64,000 bases of DNA from Candidatus Tayloriibacteriota bacterium. Lineage in GTDB: Bacteria > Patescibacteriota > Minisyncoccia > Phycocordibacterales > CAIZLB01. Position numbers and translations under genes: made by a program. Of this stretch, positions 29,974-41,546 are shown one piece after another (the stretch's first letter is position 1; every line of letters begins with the position of its first letter). The notes under the pieces were generated by a model. That model was not told where the DNA came from and ran no database searches. It saw nothing but the letters and a program-made list of their open reading frames with translations. The stretch is from assembly GCA_018883165.1 (NCBI GenBank), contig VEQN01000001.1, positions 21,949 to 85,948 of the forward strand, written 5' to 3'.

Positions 29974-30582
29974 ATGATATGTATTGACAATCTGTCTTTC
30001 AATTGTATTATATTAGGCAGTTCTTTCACACAAACCCCACACACTAACACGCATATGAAATTCCACTTGATTGAAACCCTTGAGTTTGATATCCGCCCTA
30101 AAAAATTTAAGCCCGGTAGACACTTTGGCGAAGGATGGGCACTTAGCCAAACAACAACCGGTCTCACACAAAAACCTGTTGAAGAGGAACTGGCACTGTT
30201 TTTCAAAAGAATAGCCGCCGCCTCAAAACTACCTACCGCTCAAGGGAGAAAAGCTCTCTTCACCAACGCCCTTACGGATGCTGAGGAAAGTACCAAGTAC
30301 ACCGACGCCATCAGCAGGCTGAGTAACGACCTTCTCGGGAGCCCACACTTGCTATGGACTCTCCTCATGGAGAAGGACACGAAACTCCTCAATCATATTG
30401 AAGGAAAGTATGGTGTCGATTTCATCGTGTCATTCGGGAAGATGATTCAACATTCGGGCGATCCAAGACAGCATTATGTCCTCTGGGCCGCCAAAGCGAA
30501 GAATAGACCTGGATGGACCTGGGGCAAGTTTGATGTTAAAGGCAGCAGCGTACTGCAAAATACATCCATCTTGATTCTTTGA
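29974..30582 (+). CDS. Hypothetical protein. The true start may be MKFHLIETLEF at about 30055.
   Basis: ORF with its own downstream hairpin. No motif recognised. Confidence 0.4.
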   Translation: MICIDNLSFNCIILGSSFTQTPHTNTHMKFHLIETLEFDIRPKKFKPGRHFGEGWALSQTTTGLTQKPVEEELALFFKRIAAASKLPTAQGRKALFTNALTDAEESTKYTDAISRLSNDLLGSPHLLWTLLMEKDTKLLNHIEGKYGVDFIVSFGKMIQHSGDPRQHYVLWAAKAKNRPGWTWGKFDVKGSSVLQNTSILIL

Positions 30583-30606
30583 TGTAGATGCGTATGCACC
30601 CTTAAA

Positions 30607-30638
30607 GCCCCCGAGCCACAACTCGGGGGCTGCTTCTT
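30607..30638 (+). terminator. Hairpin terminator.
   Basis: gcccccgag-ccacaa-ctcgggggc, then a weak T-tract. Confidence 0.45.
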
Positions 30639-30693
30639 AAATACGTTTGACTACTACATACAGAAATGATTATATTCATCCTGAATTCGTCCT

Positions 30694-31179
30694 ATGAAAA
30701 CATATATCTCCACACTCGAGCTCTGGATTCTAGAGCATTTCTTTCAGCGTTTTTCAGATTTAAGCTTTAAGTACTTGAGACTCACCAACTTCTTTTGGGC
30801 AGTAGTAATGTCTCTAATTTCATTATCTGCATATACCTACCTCACGGTTGTATGCATCATAGAAAAAGAATACATGATCATACTTGCAGCACTTCCGGTA
30901 CTGGGAGGATTTGTACCAGCTATGGCATATTCAGTTAATATAGCTCGTCTACATGCATACGACCACGCAACCTGGGGTGTCGAAAACCCCTTAAAAAGCA
31001 AAGAGGTCAACACCCGTAGGAGTGCACTCGTAATGACATTTGTTGTACTCTCGCTATGGACCCTAATCGGAGTCAGGAATGGGACATACCCAATCGTGAC
31101 GCTTATTTGGTGGGTATCAATGATTAACTACCCAACATTCAGTTTTTGTGCCTGTAACCCACCAGGTCACAGATTCTAA
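30694..31179 (+). CDS. Hypothetical integral membrane protein (4 TM helices).
   Basis: Hydrophobic segments FFWAVVMSLISLSAYTYLTVVCII, IILAALPVLGGFVPAMAY, and ALVMTFVVLSLWTLIGV. Confidence 0.45.
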   Translation: MKTYISTLELWILEHFFQRFSDLSFKYLRLTNFFWAVVMSLISLSAYTYLTVVCIIEKEYMIILAALPVLGGFVPAMAYSVNIARLHAYDHATWGVENPLKSKEVNTRRSALVMTFVVLSLWTLIGVRNGTYPIVTLIWWVSMINYPTFSFCACNPPGHRF

Positions 31180-31216
31180 CCCCACACGAAGCCCTGCTTC
31201 ATGTGGGGCTTTGTAT
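31180..31216. terminator. Bidirectional hairpin between the membrane-protein gene and rpoD.
   Basis: 13-bp stem ccccacacgaagc / gcttcatgtgggg with one G-U pair, followed by a T-rich run. Confidence 0.45.
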
Positions 31217-32466
31217 TAATAGTTCTTCAATCGGTTTACCTTGTCGTGCTGTCGAATCTTTTCATGAGCTTTTGCTTCAATCTGTCGAATTCGTTCTCGA
31301 GTTACCCCGAACATCTTACCTACCTCTTCGAGTGTATGCTGAATACCATCATTAAGACCATGTCGAAGCGCAAGAATTTCTCTTTCTTTTTCTGAGAGAT
31401 CTCCAAGAATCTCTTGAACTTGATCTGCGAGAATTCTTCGTGATGACTCCTGGTCTGGTGAAAGAATTTTGTCATCTGCAATGAAATCACCAAATGCCGA
31501 TGCTTTATCATCATCATCGTTCACTGGTGTGTCGAGTGACACAGTGTTTTGATCAATCTTCTCGATGGTGTACACCTTATCAACTTCAATTCCCATTTCA
31601 GTAGCAATTTCTTCCGGCAATGGTTCTCGTCCGAGATCCTGAAAGAGTCTTCGTACCACCTGTTTGTATTTTGCGATTGTTTCTACCATATGAACCGGTA
31701 CTCGAATTGTTCGTGACTGATCAGCAAGTGCTCGTGTAATTGATTGTCTAATCCACCAAGTTGCGTATGTAGAAAATTTAAATCCTTTTGACCAATCAAA
31801 CTTGTCTACTGCTTTGAAAAGACCAAGATTTCCTTCCTGAATGAGGTCAAGGAGTGTAAGGTCAGGACTTCTGTTTGCATATTTTTTAGCAATCGATACC
31901 ACAAGTCGAAGGTTTGCTTTCGCAAGAAGGTTTTTTGCCTCTGTATCACCTGCCTGAATTCTCTTTGCAAGTTCTTTCTCTTCAGAACCACTAATGAGTG
32001 GGTACTGACCAATTTCCTTGAGATACATTTGAATAGAATCATACGTAGAATCACTCTTGTTCATTGCATACTTCTTAAGCATATCTTCTTCCTCTTGTTT
32101 GAAATCAAGAAGACCTCCTCCTTCTAGGATATCAATACCTGCCGTTGAAAGTTTCTCATACAAGTAATCAAGAAACATCACATCAATCTCAATATTTGGG
32201 AATTCTTTTAGAATTTCATCGTATGTAACAAACCCCCTGTCTTTACCACGCTGAAGAAGTACGTTTGCCTTAGCTTCGTACTGTAACTCTTCTTTTGATT
32301 TCTTTGGAGGTTGTGCTGGAACCAAAGTCTTTGAAACCTTTTTTTGTGGTGCTTTTTCTTTTGCTGAAGTCTTTTTTGATGACTTCACTTTCGGCTTAAC
32401 AGCCTTAGGGGTAACCTTCTTTACGGGTTTCGCTTTTGCTTTAGATTGTGTTTGTTTCTTTTTCAT
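31216..32466 (-). CDS. rpoD: RNA polymerase sigma-70 factor RpoD with a Lys/Ala/Pro-rich N-terminal tail.
   Basis: Region 2 [40 protein letters not shown], and the region 4 helix-turn-helix [20 protein letters not shown]. The start is placed at Met-42 of the track ORF (MKKKQTQ), 7 nt after the dnaG stop. Confidence 0.85.
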   Translation of the reverse strand: MKKKQTQSKAKAKPVKKVTPKAVKPKVKSSKKTSAKEKAPQKKVSKTLVPAQPPKKSKEELQYEAKANVLLQRGKDRGFVTYDEILKEFPNIEIDVMFLDYLYEKLSTAGIDILEGGGLLDFKQEEEDMLKKYAMNKSDSTYDSIQMYLKEIGQYPLISGSEEKELAKRIQAGDTEAKNLLAKANLRLVVSIAKKYANRSPDLTLLDLIQEGNLGLFKAVDKFDWSKGFKFSTYATWWIRQSITRALADQSRTIRVPVHMVETIAKYKQVVRRLFQDLGREPLPEEIATEMGIEVDKVYTIEKIDQNTVSLDTPVNDDDDKASAFGDFIADDKILSPDQESSRRILADQVQEILGDLSEKEREILALRHGLNDGIQHTLEEVGKMFGVTRERIRQIEAKAHEKIRQHDKVNRLKNY

Positions 32467-32473
32467 ATTTCTT

Positions 32474-34261
32474 TTAATTTTTCTTTTTCTTATTGAGTAG
32501 TGATAACTTGTTTGAGATGTCCTGACAGAGTTGTATGAGTTCCTCTGCCCTTTTGGTATCTTTCTTGGTTTCGGAAAGATGCAGGTCATGCATTGCTCGA
32601 ACCAATTTGTCTTTTAGATATTTTTCTTCAAGACTTTGTAGTAATTCATCAATTTCTGTTTGTATTTTCTCTGAACCTTGGAAGAGAAGCTCAGCTTCAT
32701 ACACCATATCCTCAGATCCTTTCTGTAATGCTTTTTTGTATACCTCTATATCTGTCTCTTCGAGAAATGTACCCATTTCATCAAGTATCAATTTCTCATA
32801 TTCAGATGCTTTCTTACCGGACTTTACCGTATCTCCAAGAGAGTGAAGCCACAAGAGGAGCCCTACTATTCTTCTTTGAATCGGATCTCGTTTTAAAAGT
32901 GCAATCTCATCTTGTACATCCGCTTCCCTGTCTTTCTGTACATATTCCTTCTCAGAAGACCCAACAAATTTCTCAAGAATCTTATCTTTCTCTTTAAGTA
33001 ATTTGTGTAATTCCTCACGTAAATCCTCAATCAAGATTCCAGTCTTGAGGCTAATTCTAGATATTAGTTCTGATCTGAAAATTGCACTTTCTACTGCAAC
33101 TACATAGGGTAACACTTCTCCTTGCACTGCCATTTTTAATTTGTCTGGCGTTTTATGTTCTCGAACTACAATGTCGAGGTAATATTCTATTATGTTTTTT
33201 GAATTTTGTAAGGCTTTCTTAAACTCGTCTTTGTTTTTCAAAAGAAGAGATGCAGGGTCGTCACCATCTGGAAGACCTGCCACCTTTACATCCATACTTA
33301 GCTGCAACGCTCCAGTCCAAGCTCGAAGTGTAGCTTTGAGACCTGCTTTGTCAGCATCGTACACTAACATCAGATTATCTGATATTTTCTTCAGTTTATC
33401 AAGATGCCCGGGGGTTAATGAGGTTCCTGATGTTGCTACCGCATTGGTATATCCATTCTGGTGACACAGCAACAGGTCCATCTGTCCCTCAACAAGAATG
33501 GTATATTTCCATTGTCTAATACCCTCCTTTGCCTTGTGATATCCATACAAGATTTCTGACTTGTTGAAGAGTGGTGTATCTGGACTGTTTAGATATTTAG
33601 GACCCTCTGAATCTGGTACACCAAATATTCGTCCTGAATATCCGACAACTCTTGATGACGGATCAAATATCGGAAACATCACACGTGCTCTGAATCTGTC
33701 ATACATGGTTCCATCTGACTTCTCAGATCTTTTAACCAAACCAACAGTTTCCATATCAGCTTCACTTACTTTCTTCGATTTAAGAAAGTCATACAGCTTT
33801 CTCCAATCATTTGGAGCGTACCCCAATCTCCAATCACGGATTGTCTTCTTGGTGAGCCCTCGACCCATCAGGTATTCAAGAGCCTTCTTGTTCTGTTCCA
33901 GTTGCTTTTGGAAGAATGTTGTTGAAAGTTCTAACACGCCTCGAAGTCTGTCATATTCTCCTTTCCGTTCGTCCTTGAATTGTTCAAGTTCAATACCAGC
34001 TCGTTCTGCTAATATTTTTAATGCACCTACGAAATCTACTTTTTCGAATTCTTGTACGAATGTGAATATGTCCCCTTTAGCACCACACCCAAAACAGTAA
34101 TATGAGTTACGTGCAGGTGAGATGAAGAACGAAGGTGTTTTTTCATGATGAAAAGGGCAGCGAGCTTTGTAATTAGCTCCTGCCTTTTCAATCTTCATAT
34201 ATGATTCAAGAACCTCAACGATTCCTAAACGCTCTTTAATTGTTTCTGCAGCTGATGACAT
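32474..34261 (-). CDS. dnaG: DNA primase.
   Basis: CHC2 zinc finger [30 protein letters not shown] and the TOPRIM motif [10 protein letters not shown]. It lies immediately upstream of rpoD, the classical macromolecular-synthesis operon arrangement. Confidence 0.85.
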   Translation of the reverse strand: MSSAAETIKERLGIVEVLESYMKIEKAGANYKARCPFHHEKTPSFFISPARNSYYCFGCGAKGDIFTFVQEFEKVDFVGALKILAERAGIELEQFKDERKGEYDRLRGVLELSTTFFQKQLEQNKKALEYLMGRGLTKKTIRDWRLGYAPNDWRKLYDFLKSKKVSEADMETVGLVKRSEKSDGTMYDRFRARVMFPIFDPSSRVVGYSGRIFGVPDSEGPKYLNSPDTPLFNKSEILYGYHKAKEGIRQWKYTILVEGQMDLLLCHQNGYTNAVATSGTSLTPGHLDKLKKISDNLMLVYDADKAGLKATLRAWTGALQLSMDVKVAGLPDGDDPASLLLKNKDEFKKALQNSKNIIEYYLDIVVREHKTPDKLKMAVQGEVLPYVVAVESAIFRSELISRISLKTGILIEDLREELHKLLKEKDKILEKFVGSSEKEYVQKDREADVQDEIALLKRDPIQRRIVGLLLWLHSLGDTVKSGKKASEYEKLILDEMGTFLEETDIEVYKKALQKGSEDMVYEAELLFQGSEKIQTEIDELLQSLEEKYLKDKLVRAMHDLHLSETKKDTKRAEELIQLCQDISNKLSLLNKKKKN

Positions 34262-34317
34262 ATATATGAGATACCATCCATTAGATTACAATTGTAACCT
34301 GACCGAAACCACAGAGA

Positions 34318-37300
34318 CTAGTTTTGTGTATCCTCTTCTTCGTTTCCAAACAATGCTTCAGACTTAAAGTCTTCAATCATTTGATGCTTCTTACTTCCCT
34401 TAAATCCTGTACCTGCTGGGATGAGTCTTCCGATGATCACGTTTTCCATAATACCGTAGAGTGGATCGTGATTAGCCTTGAGAGATGCTGAGATGAGCAT
34501 TCGGTTTGTGTGCTGGAATGATGCTGCTGAAAGGAAGCTTCTTCGGTTGAGTGATGCTTCACCGATACCCATGACTACTGAATCAGCTTTCGCTTCGATT
34601 CCGTTCTTAGCTCGGATAGCTCTGTTAACCTGATCAATTTCAAACCTCTCCACATAGTCACCTACAGCAAAGTGTGAATCACCAACTTCCTTAATTCGAA
34701 CTCGAGAGAACATTTCTCGAACAACTACTTCAAGGTGCTTTCGTGATACGTTTTCACCCTGAAGTTCGTAAATCTTCTTCGCTTCAGTAATGATGTACTC
34801 CTGAGCTCTTTCCTTACCAGCAAGTTCAAAGAGTTCTTCGAGATCAGCAGAACCATCAGTGAGGAAGTCACCCTTAGATACATGCTGTCCTACCTTAACC
34901 ACAGGAACTCGAGCATAGTGGAATGTATATTCAACTTCACTACCTTTCTTTGACTTTGTTGGAACATCAGGAAGAAGCTTAATGATTCGCTCTTTGTTTA
35001 CCTCTTTCACTTCTGTAATTACACCATCATGAGTTGCAATGACTGCAGGATTCTTAGGTGATCGGTTGTCGAAGATTTCTTCTACTCGAGGAAGACCCGC
35101 TGTGATGTCTCCACCCACTGTCGCCACACCTCCGGCGTGGAAGGTTCGCATTGTAAGCTGCGTACCTGGTTCACCAATCGCCTGAGCAGCTACTGTTCCT
35201 ACAGCTTCACCTACTTCAACAAGCTTGTTTCTACCAAGGTCATATCCGTAACACTGTGTACACACACCTTGTTCTGTCTTACATGTAAGTGGTGATCGTA
35301 CAAATACACTATCAATGTTTTCAGCATCAAGTTTCTTAGCATCATCTTTTGTAACAAGATGATTTCGCTTGAATAGTACTGTTCCATTCTTTTCAATATC
35401 TTTTGAAAGTACTCGGCCAGTTACACTCTTAACCATTGGAGTTGAGATACCGGATGCACCTACTCGTTTAATTTCTACACCTTCTTTAGTTCCACAATCC
35501 TCTTCAGTAACCATCACACTTTGAGCAACTACGAAGAGTCGTCGTGTGAGGTAACCAGCTCGAGCAGTGTTCAAAGCGGTGTCTGTCATACCCTTTCGTG
35601 CACCGTGAGTTGTAATGAAGTACTCAATAGGTGTTAGACCTTCCTTGAATGACGAGGTGATTGGGAGTTCGATAGTTTCACCTTGCGCGTTTGAGATCAA
35701 ACCTTTCATACCAACCATCTGTGTTACCTGACCCATAGAACCTCGGGCACCAGAAACTACCATGTCGTGTACTGGACTGTTTCGATCAAGGTTTTGAGCT
35801 ACAAGCTTTTCAACCTTGTCTTTTGCTTCCTGCCAAATTGTAATTGTCTTTCGAGTCTTTTCCTCTTCTGAAAGAAGACCATCGTTGTATTCAGCGAGAA
35901 TAGCTTCTGCTTTCTTCGCAGTTTCCTCAATTACTTCAGTCTTTGCCGCAGGAACTTTCACATCGTCAATACTCCATGTGATACCAGATTCTGTTACGTA
36001 TCTGAATCCGAATTTCTTAACTGCATCGATGAGCTTAACTACCTCTTCCATACTTCGGTGAGTAATCATGTCATCCATGATTCCGTTCATTACAGAGTTT
36101 GTAACTTCTTTGTTGATATATGGATAGTCTTGCGGAAGAAGGTTGTTGAAAAGAATTCTACCTGCTGAAGTCTCGATGATTACACCATCAAATTCCTTGT
36201 ACTTTGTTGCCAAAGAACCTTCTTTTGGTGTTCGAACCTTAATCTTAGCTCGGTATGATACAAGATCATAGTTAAGAGCAGCTACCGCTTCATCTGGATC
36301 TGCAAAAATCTTACCTTCTCCTTGTTCACCTGTTACATCCTTTGTCATCCAATATGCACCAAGCACCACGTCGAGCATCTTCTTTGTAACTGTTGGATCT
36401 CCTGAACCAGGCTTCAAGATGTTCTTAGCTGATTCCATGATTTCCTCAGCTTCTTTCTGAGCTTCCTCTGAAAGTGGTACGTGTACTGACATAGTGTCAC
36501 CGTCGAAGTCCGCGTTGAATGGAGAACATACAAGTGGGTGCACCTGGATAGCGTTACCTTCAATCAATACTGGCTTGAATGCCTGGATTGAAAGTCGGTG
36601 AAGTGTAGGGGCTCGGTTAAGGAGTACTCGCTTGTTCTGGATTACCTGTTCAAGAATAGCCCATACTTCTGGAATACCATCATCGATGAGTCGTGATGCT
36701 CCTCTGATGTTGAATGCCATTTCTCGCTTCAAAAGTTCTGAAATTACGAATGGTCGGAAGAGTTCAAGTGCCATGTGTTTTGGAATACCACACTGGTTGA
36801 GCTTCAATTCTGGACCCACCACAATTACAGATCGTCCTGAGTAGTCTACTCGCTTACCAAGGAGGTTCTGTCGGAAGAGTCCTCTTTTACCTTTTAGGTT
36901 GTCAGCAAGTGACTTCAACGGTCGTCTTTGTGCAGCGTTAAGACCTGCATACACCGTTCCACCACTTCGAATTGAGTTATCAATCAAAGCATCAACAGCT
37001 TCCTGGAGGATTCGCTTTTCGTTTCGAAGAATTACATCTGGAGCATTAATTTCTTTAAGCTTCTGTAATCGGTTGTTTCGGTTGATTACTCGTCGATACA
37101 AGTCGTTCACATCAGATGTTGCGTGTCTACCACCTTCAAGAGCAACCATCGGTCGAAGTGCTGCCGGGATGATTGGAAGAGCTGTAAGGAACATCCATTC
37201 AGGTCGAATATGTGATCGTCCCATAGACTTCACGAGACTGATTCGTCGAAGTAGTTTTTCTCGATCAGCTGCAGAAACCTTCTGCTGTGATTCTTCAAGC

Positions 37301-38028
37301 TGTGCGAGAAGTTTCTTCAGATCAAGATTCTTTAGGATGTTGTATACCGCTTCAGCACCAATACCTGCTTCAAAGCATGTACCGTACTTGAGTGAGAACT
37401 TGTGATATGTAACTTCATCAAGAACTTTTCCAAGTTCAATTGATTCAATATCTCGCTTAGCACCCATGAGAAGTTCAGTAATTGCCTCTTTAGACTTTTC
37501 ATCCTGAAGAGTTTTTACCTTGCTCTTGAATTCACTATCAAGTTCCTTAAGAAGATTTTCTTTTTCTTCTTTGTTTACTTTTGTGATGAGGTATCCAGCA
37601 AAGTACACCACCTTTTCTACATCCGCTGAACTCATACCAAGAATTGTTGCAATTCTTGATGGCATAGTTCGAAGGTACCAAATATGTGCAACTGGAACAG
37701 AAAGCTCAATGTGACCCATTCGCTCTCGTCGAACGATTGATCGTGTGAGCTCTACTCCACATTTTTCACACACAATACCTTTATATCGAATTCCTTTGTA
37801 CTTACCACAGTAACATTCATAGTCTTTCTCAGGTCCGAAAATCTTTTCATCGAAGAGACCATTCTTCTCACTTCGCTGAGTTCGATAGTTCATAGTTTCA
37901 GGTCTAGTAACCATACCGTATGACCATTCTCGAATTCGCTCAGGAGACGCGAGTTTCAAAATCACAGAACCGAATTCATCAATTGAATGCTCTTGGTTCT
38001 TTACATTTAGAGGGTTTTTCATATTCAT
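34318..38028 (-). CDS. rpoC: DNA-directed RNA polymerase subunit beta'.
   Basis: Zn-finger CYCGKYKGIRYKGIVCEKCG, the catalytic NADFDGDTMSVHVP, and the trigger-loop and bridge-helix regions. Confidence 0.95.
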   Translation of the reverse strand: MNMKNPLNVKNQEHSIDEFGSVILKLASPERIREWSYGMVTRPETMNYRTQRSEKNGLFDEKIFGPEKDYECYCGKYKGIRYKGIVCEKCGVELTRSIVRRERMGHIELSVPVAHIWYLRTMPSRIATILGMSSADVEKVVYFAGYLITKVNKEEKENLLKELDSEFKSKVKTLQDEKSKEAITELLMGAKRDIESIELGKVLDEVTYHKFSLKYGTCFEAGIGAEAVYNILKNLDLKKLLAQLEESQQKVSAADREKLLRRISLVKSMGRSHIRPEWMFLTALPIIPAALRPMVALEGGRHATSDVNDLYRRVINRNNRLQKLKEINAPDVILRNEKRILQEAVDALIDNSIRSGGTVYAGLNAAQRRPLKSLADNLKGKRGLFRQNLLGKRVDYSGRSVIVVGPELKLNQCGIPKHMALELFRPFVISELLKREMAFNIRGASRLIDDGIPEVWAILEQVIQNKRVLLNRAPTLHRLSIQAFKPVLIEGNAIQVHPLVCSPFNADFDGDTMSVHVPLSEEAQKEAEEIMESAKNILKPGSGDPTVTKKMLDVVLGAYWMTKDVTGEQGEGKIFADPDEAVAALNYDLVSYRAKIKVRTPKEGSLATKYKEFDGVIIETSAGRILFNNLLPQDYPYINKEVTNSVMNGIMDDMITHRSMEEVVKLIDAVKKFGFRYVTESGITWSIDDVKVPAAKTEVIEETAKKAEAILAEYNDGLLSEEEKTRKTITIWQEAKDKVEKLVAQNLDRNSPVHDMVVSGARGSMGQVTQMVGMKGLISNAQGETIELPITSSFKEGLTPIEYFITTHGARKGMTDTALNTARAGYLTRRLFVVAQSVMVTEEDCGTKEGVEIKRVGASGISTPMVKSVTGRVLSKDIEKNGTVLFKRNHLVTKDDAKKLDAENIDSVFVRSPLTCKTEQGVCTQCYGYDLGRNKLVEVGEAVGTVAAQAIGEPGTQLTMRTFHAGGVATVGGDITAGLPRVEEIFDNRSPKNPAVIATHDGVITEVKEVNKERIIKLLPDVPTKSKKGSEVEYTFHYARVPVVKVGQHVSKGDFLTDGSADLEELFELAGKERAQEYIITEAKKIYELQGENVSRKHLEVVVREMFSRVRIKEVGDSHFAVGDYVERFEIDQVNRAIRAKNGIEAKADSVVMGIGEASLNRRSFLSAASFQHTNRMLISASLKANHDPLYGIMENVIIGRLIPAGTGFKGSKKHQMIEDFKSEALFGNEEEDTQN

Positions 38029-38046
38029 AGTAGTTTCGTTTAGATA

Positions 38047-41000
38047 TTACGCTTCAATTGATACATCACCAGCTACATCATCAGAATCGTTCTGATCTTT
38101 TGCTAATTCAACATCGATACCCAAACCTCGGAGGTTTGAAAGAAGTACGTTGAATGATGCAGGTGTGTTAGGTTCTAGTAATTTCTGACCTTTCACAATT
38201 GAGTCGAATGCTTGTGATCGACCCTGAATATCGTCTGATTTGATTGTGAGCATTTCTCGGAGTGTGTGCGCAGCACCGTAACCCGCAAGAGCCCACACTT
38301 CCATTTCTCCAAATCGCTGACCTCCTCCTTGTGCTTTACCACCAAGAGGCTGTTGTGTGATGAGAGAGTATGGACCAATTGATCGCATGTGAATCTTGTC
38401 ATCAACCATGTGGTGAAGTTTCAAGATGTACATGTATCCAACGGCAATATCTTGTTCAAATGCATCACCAGTTCGTCCATCGTACAGTTTCATCTTTCCA
38501 GTTTCTTTGAAACCAGCTGTTGTGAGTTCCTTCTTTACTTCTTCAACAGTAGCACCAGCAAATGGAGGTACGATTGCCTGGTAATTCATTGTATGAGCTG
38601 CAAGACCCAAGTGAAGTTCTAGGATTTGACCTAGGTTCATTCGAGAAGGTACACCAAGTGGTGTAAGGATTACATCTACAGGTGTTCCATCTTCCATATA
38701 TGGCATATCTTCAACAGGAAGGATTCGTGAAATTACACCCTTGTTACCGTGTCGTCCAGCAAGCTTGTCACCCACTGAGATATTTCGGAGTACTGCAACT
38801 TCGATGTGGATTCGCTTGATGATTCCAGAGTCGAGTTTGTCACCCTTCTCTCGTGAGAAGATTTTAACACTGATAACTCGTCCTTTCTTTCCGTTTTCAA
38901 GTCGCTTTGATGTATCTTTTACATCTCGAGACTTTTCACCGAAGATTGATCGGAGGAGTCGTTCTTCTGGAGTAAGTTGAGTTTCTGTTTTTGGAGTAAT
39001 TTTACCTACGAGAATATCTCCAGGTCGCACTTCTGCACCTACTCGTACAATTCCATCTACATCAAGATTCTTCAATCGGTTTTCACCAACGTTTGGAATA
39101 TCGTGAGTTGTAACTTCAGGCCCAAGTTTTGTATCTCGAACGTTGATTACAAATTCTTCAATATGGATTGTTGTAAACTTTGAATCCTTAACAAGTCGTT
39201 CTGAAAGAATGATCGCGTCTTCGTAGTTTGCACCAGACCATGCCATGAATGCCACGAGGCAGTTCTGTCCAAGTGCCATCTGACCATCTACTGATGTTGA
39301 TGTATCAACAAGCACATCGCCTCTCTTAACTTTCTGATTCAATGAAACAGTTGGTCGCTGGTGTGAAGCAGTGAACTGGTTTGTTCTATCAAATGCAACA
39401 AGTGTATATGAGTGTTCTTTCTTTGCACCCTTAAGCACCACTTTCTTTGCATCTACATATGAGATGACACCATCTTCAGGAGCGAGAATTACTCGTCCAG
39501 TATCCTGTGCCGCTTTCTCCTCAATACCAGTTGCAACCAATGGAGCTTCTGGGACGATACAAGGAGTGGCTTGTTTCTGCATGTTAGAACCCATGAGCGC
39601 TCGGTTCGCGTCATCGTGGTTAAGGAATGGAATCATGGATGTAGAAACTGAGAACGCCTGCTCAGGAGCAACGTCAATCAAATCTACTTCTTCTCGATCT
39701 ACGATTACAGGTTCACCCTTCATTCGAACTTCAAGAGTTTTTTCCTTGATGAGTCCTGAAGCGTCATATGGAGTTGCCGCATGCGCAATCTTAAACCCTT
39801 CTTCTTCAAGAGCGTTTAGATATACGATTTCTTTTGTAATTTTACCGTTCTTTACTTTTGCATATGGAGTTTCAATCATTCCGAAATGATTTACTCGTGC
39901 GTATGTTGCAAGTTGAAGTACAAGACCTATGTTCTGTCCTTCAGGTGTGTGAATTGGACAAATTCGTCCGTAGTGTGATGGGTGCACATCTCGAACTTCG
40001 ATACCAGCTCGTTCTCGTGTAAGACCACCCTGGCCGAGGGCAGAAATACGTCGAAGGTGTTCAATTTCAGCAAGAATGTTTTCCTGTGACATGAACTGTG
40101 ACAACTGGTTTGTTGTGAAGAATTCTTTGATTCGAGCCTGAAGTGGTCTAGGAGAGATGAATTGCATTGGGAGGTTTGCATCTGTATCAATTGTAGACAT
40201 TCGGTTCTGAATGTTTCGCTTGATCTGTGTCATACCTACTCGAATCTTTTGCTGGAGAAGTTCACCTACAAATCGAACTCGTCGTGATCCGAGGTGATCG
40301 ATATCATCATTTACCGCTTCTGGGTTGTGGTTTAGTTCAACAATGAGAGCAACTGTCTTTGCGATATCATCAAGTGAAAGAGTCATCTCTTTGAGAGACT
40401 TCTCATCCATTGATTTGTTGAATCGCTGATTGATTCGGAATCGTCCAACCTTTGAGAGGTCATATCGTTCTGAACTAATGAGTGACTTGAAGAAGTCTCG
40501 AGCGTTCTCAGCTGTTGCAAGGTCACCGTCTCGAAGTCGCTTGTGGATTTCGATATATGCCTCATCCTTTGTCTTAGCATGATCTTTCGCAAGAGTAATT
40601 TCAATATGCTTCAATGTGTTTTCATCACCTTTAAAGAGTGCCTTAATGTCTGAATCTGTATCAGCACCATACGCTCGAAGAAGTGAAGTTACTGGGAACT
40701 TTCGCTTTCTATCAATTCGTACATATATTGCCCCATCAGCATCTGATTCAATTTCAATCCACGCACCTCTCGCTGGGATAATTTTTGCACCGAAATAGTT
40801 TTTACCCTTCACTTCTTGTGAAGTAAAGAATGCACCGTATGATCGGATGATTTGAGGCACAATGAGTCGTTCGATACCGTTGATGATGAATGTACCGTGC
40901 TCAGTCATCATTGGGAAGTCCGCCATGAAAATTTCTTGTTCTTTTACAGAACCAAGAATCTTGTTTTTGAGCTTCACCATAACCTTAAGTCCACCTTCGT

Positions 41001-41238
41001 AATTTACCTTGTTAGCTTTAGCATGATATTCATCATACTTTGGCTTGGTAAGTTCGAAACCTGTAAACTCAAGTTCAAATTTCTTCTCTGAATAATCTTT
41101 GATTGCAGAAAGTTCTGCAAACACTTCTTTGATACCTGTCTCCAAGAGCCATTTGTATGACTCAATTTGACCCTCAACGAGATTAGGAAGCGGCGCAAGC
41201 GGCTCCTTAAATCGTGAAAAATATTTCTTCTGGCGCAT
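38047..41238 (-). CDS. rpoB: DNA-directed RNA polymerase subunit beta.
   Basis: Conserved blocks GQGGLTRERAGIEVRDVHPSHYGRICPIHTPEGQNIGL, NMQKQA, and GGQRFGEMEVWALAGYGAAHTLREMLTIKSDD. Confidence 0.95.
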   Translation of the reverse strand: MRQKKYFSRFKEPLAPLPNLVEGQIESYKWLLETGIKEVFAELSAIKDYSEKKFELEFTGFELTKPKYDEYHAKANKVNYEGGLKVMVKLKNKILGSVKEQEIFMADFPMMTEHGTFIINGIERLIVPQIIRSYGAFFTSQEVKGKNYFGAKIIPARGAWIEIESDADGAIYVRIDRKRKFPVTSLLRAYGADTDSDIKALFKGDENTLKHIEITLAKDHAKTKDEAYIEIHKRLRDGDLATAENARDFFKSLISSERYDLSKVGRFRINQRFNKSMDEKSLKEMTLSLDDIAKTVALIVELNHNPEAVNDDIDHLGSRRVRFVGELLQQKIRVGMTQIKRNIQNRMSTIDTDANLPMQFISPRPLQARIKEFFTTNQLSQFMSQENILAEIEHLRRISALGQGGLTRERAGIEVRDVHPSHYGRICPIHTPEGQNIGLVLQLATYARVNHFGMIETPYAKVKNGKITKEIVYLNALEEEGFKIAHAATPYDASGLIKEKTLEVRMKGEPVIVDREEVDLIDVAPEQAFSVSTSMIPFLNHDDANRALMGSNMQKQATPCIVPEAPLVATGIEEKAAQDTGRVILAPEDGVISYVDAKKVVLKGAKKEHSYTLVAFDRTNQFTASHQRPTVSLNQKVKRGDVLVDTSTSVDGQMALGQNCLVAFMAWSGANYEDAIILSERLVKDSKFTTIHIEEFVINVRDTKLGPEVTTHDIPNVGENRLKNLDVDGIVRVGAEVRPGDILVGKITPKTETQLTPEERLLRSIFGEKSRDVKDTSKRLENGKKGRVISVKIFSREKGDKLDSGIIKRIHIEVAVLRNISVGDKLAGRHGNKGVISRILPVEDMPYMEDGTPVDVILTPLGVPSRMNLGQILELHLGLAAHTMNYQAIVPPFAGATVEEVKKELTTAGFKETGKMKLYDGRTGDAFEQDIAVGYMYILKLHHMVDDKIHMRSIGPYSLITQQPLGGKAQGGGQRFGEMEVWALAGYGAAHTLREMLTIKSDDIQGRSQAFDSIVKGQKLLEPNTPASFNVLLSNLRGLGIDVELAKDQNDSDDVAGDVSIEA

Positions 41239-41431
41239 GTTGTGTAGCGTCTAAAGTTAAATTATTAAAATTTCTGTTAATTCCCGGTTAACAGTATTTT
41301 GCTATCAACACAACCAAGAACACAAAACATCTTCTTCACAAAATGTATGTATTCTCCGTCGAGAATGTATTGATAGAGGAGTTTCCCGCGAAAGAGCCGG
41401 CCAAAACTCATTCGTCTAACGCAGTAGGTAT

Positions 41432-41461
41432 ATATTAGTTTATTTATCCACAGGTGTCAAT
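41432..41461 (-). promoter_or_regulatory. Putative sigma70-like promoter for rpoBC, embedded in a 7-bp inverted repeat.
   Basis: The minus strand reads TTGACA (41461-41456), an 18-nt spacer, then TAATAT. The -35 hexamer lies in the palindrome gtgtcaat-caaaaaac-attgacat, so TTGACA occurs on both strands. Confidence 0.3.
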
Positions 41462-41546
41462 CAAAAAACATTGACATTGCTGGGGATTTCTTAGGGGTAC
41501 AGGTCCCCTATTGTGTGGCTTGGTGGGTTATCCACTTCACAATACC

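Noticed and set aside
34318-41238. Numerous 60-180-aa ORFs on the opposite strand or in other frames inside rpoB and rpoC (for example 36899-37405, 39371-39889, 40852-41091).
   Set aside because: They are fully embedded in, and antisense to, unambiguous RNA polymerase genes. They show no motifs and have low-complexity composition. They are treated as spurious frame artefacts.
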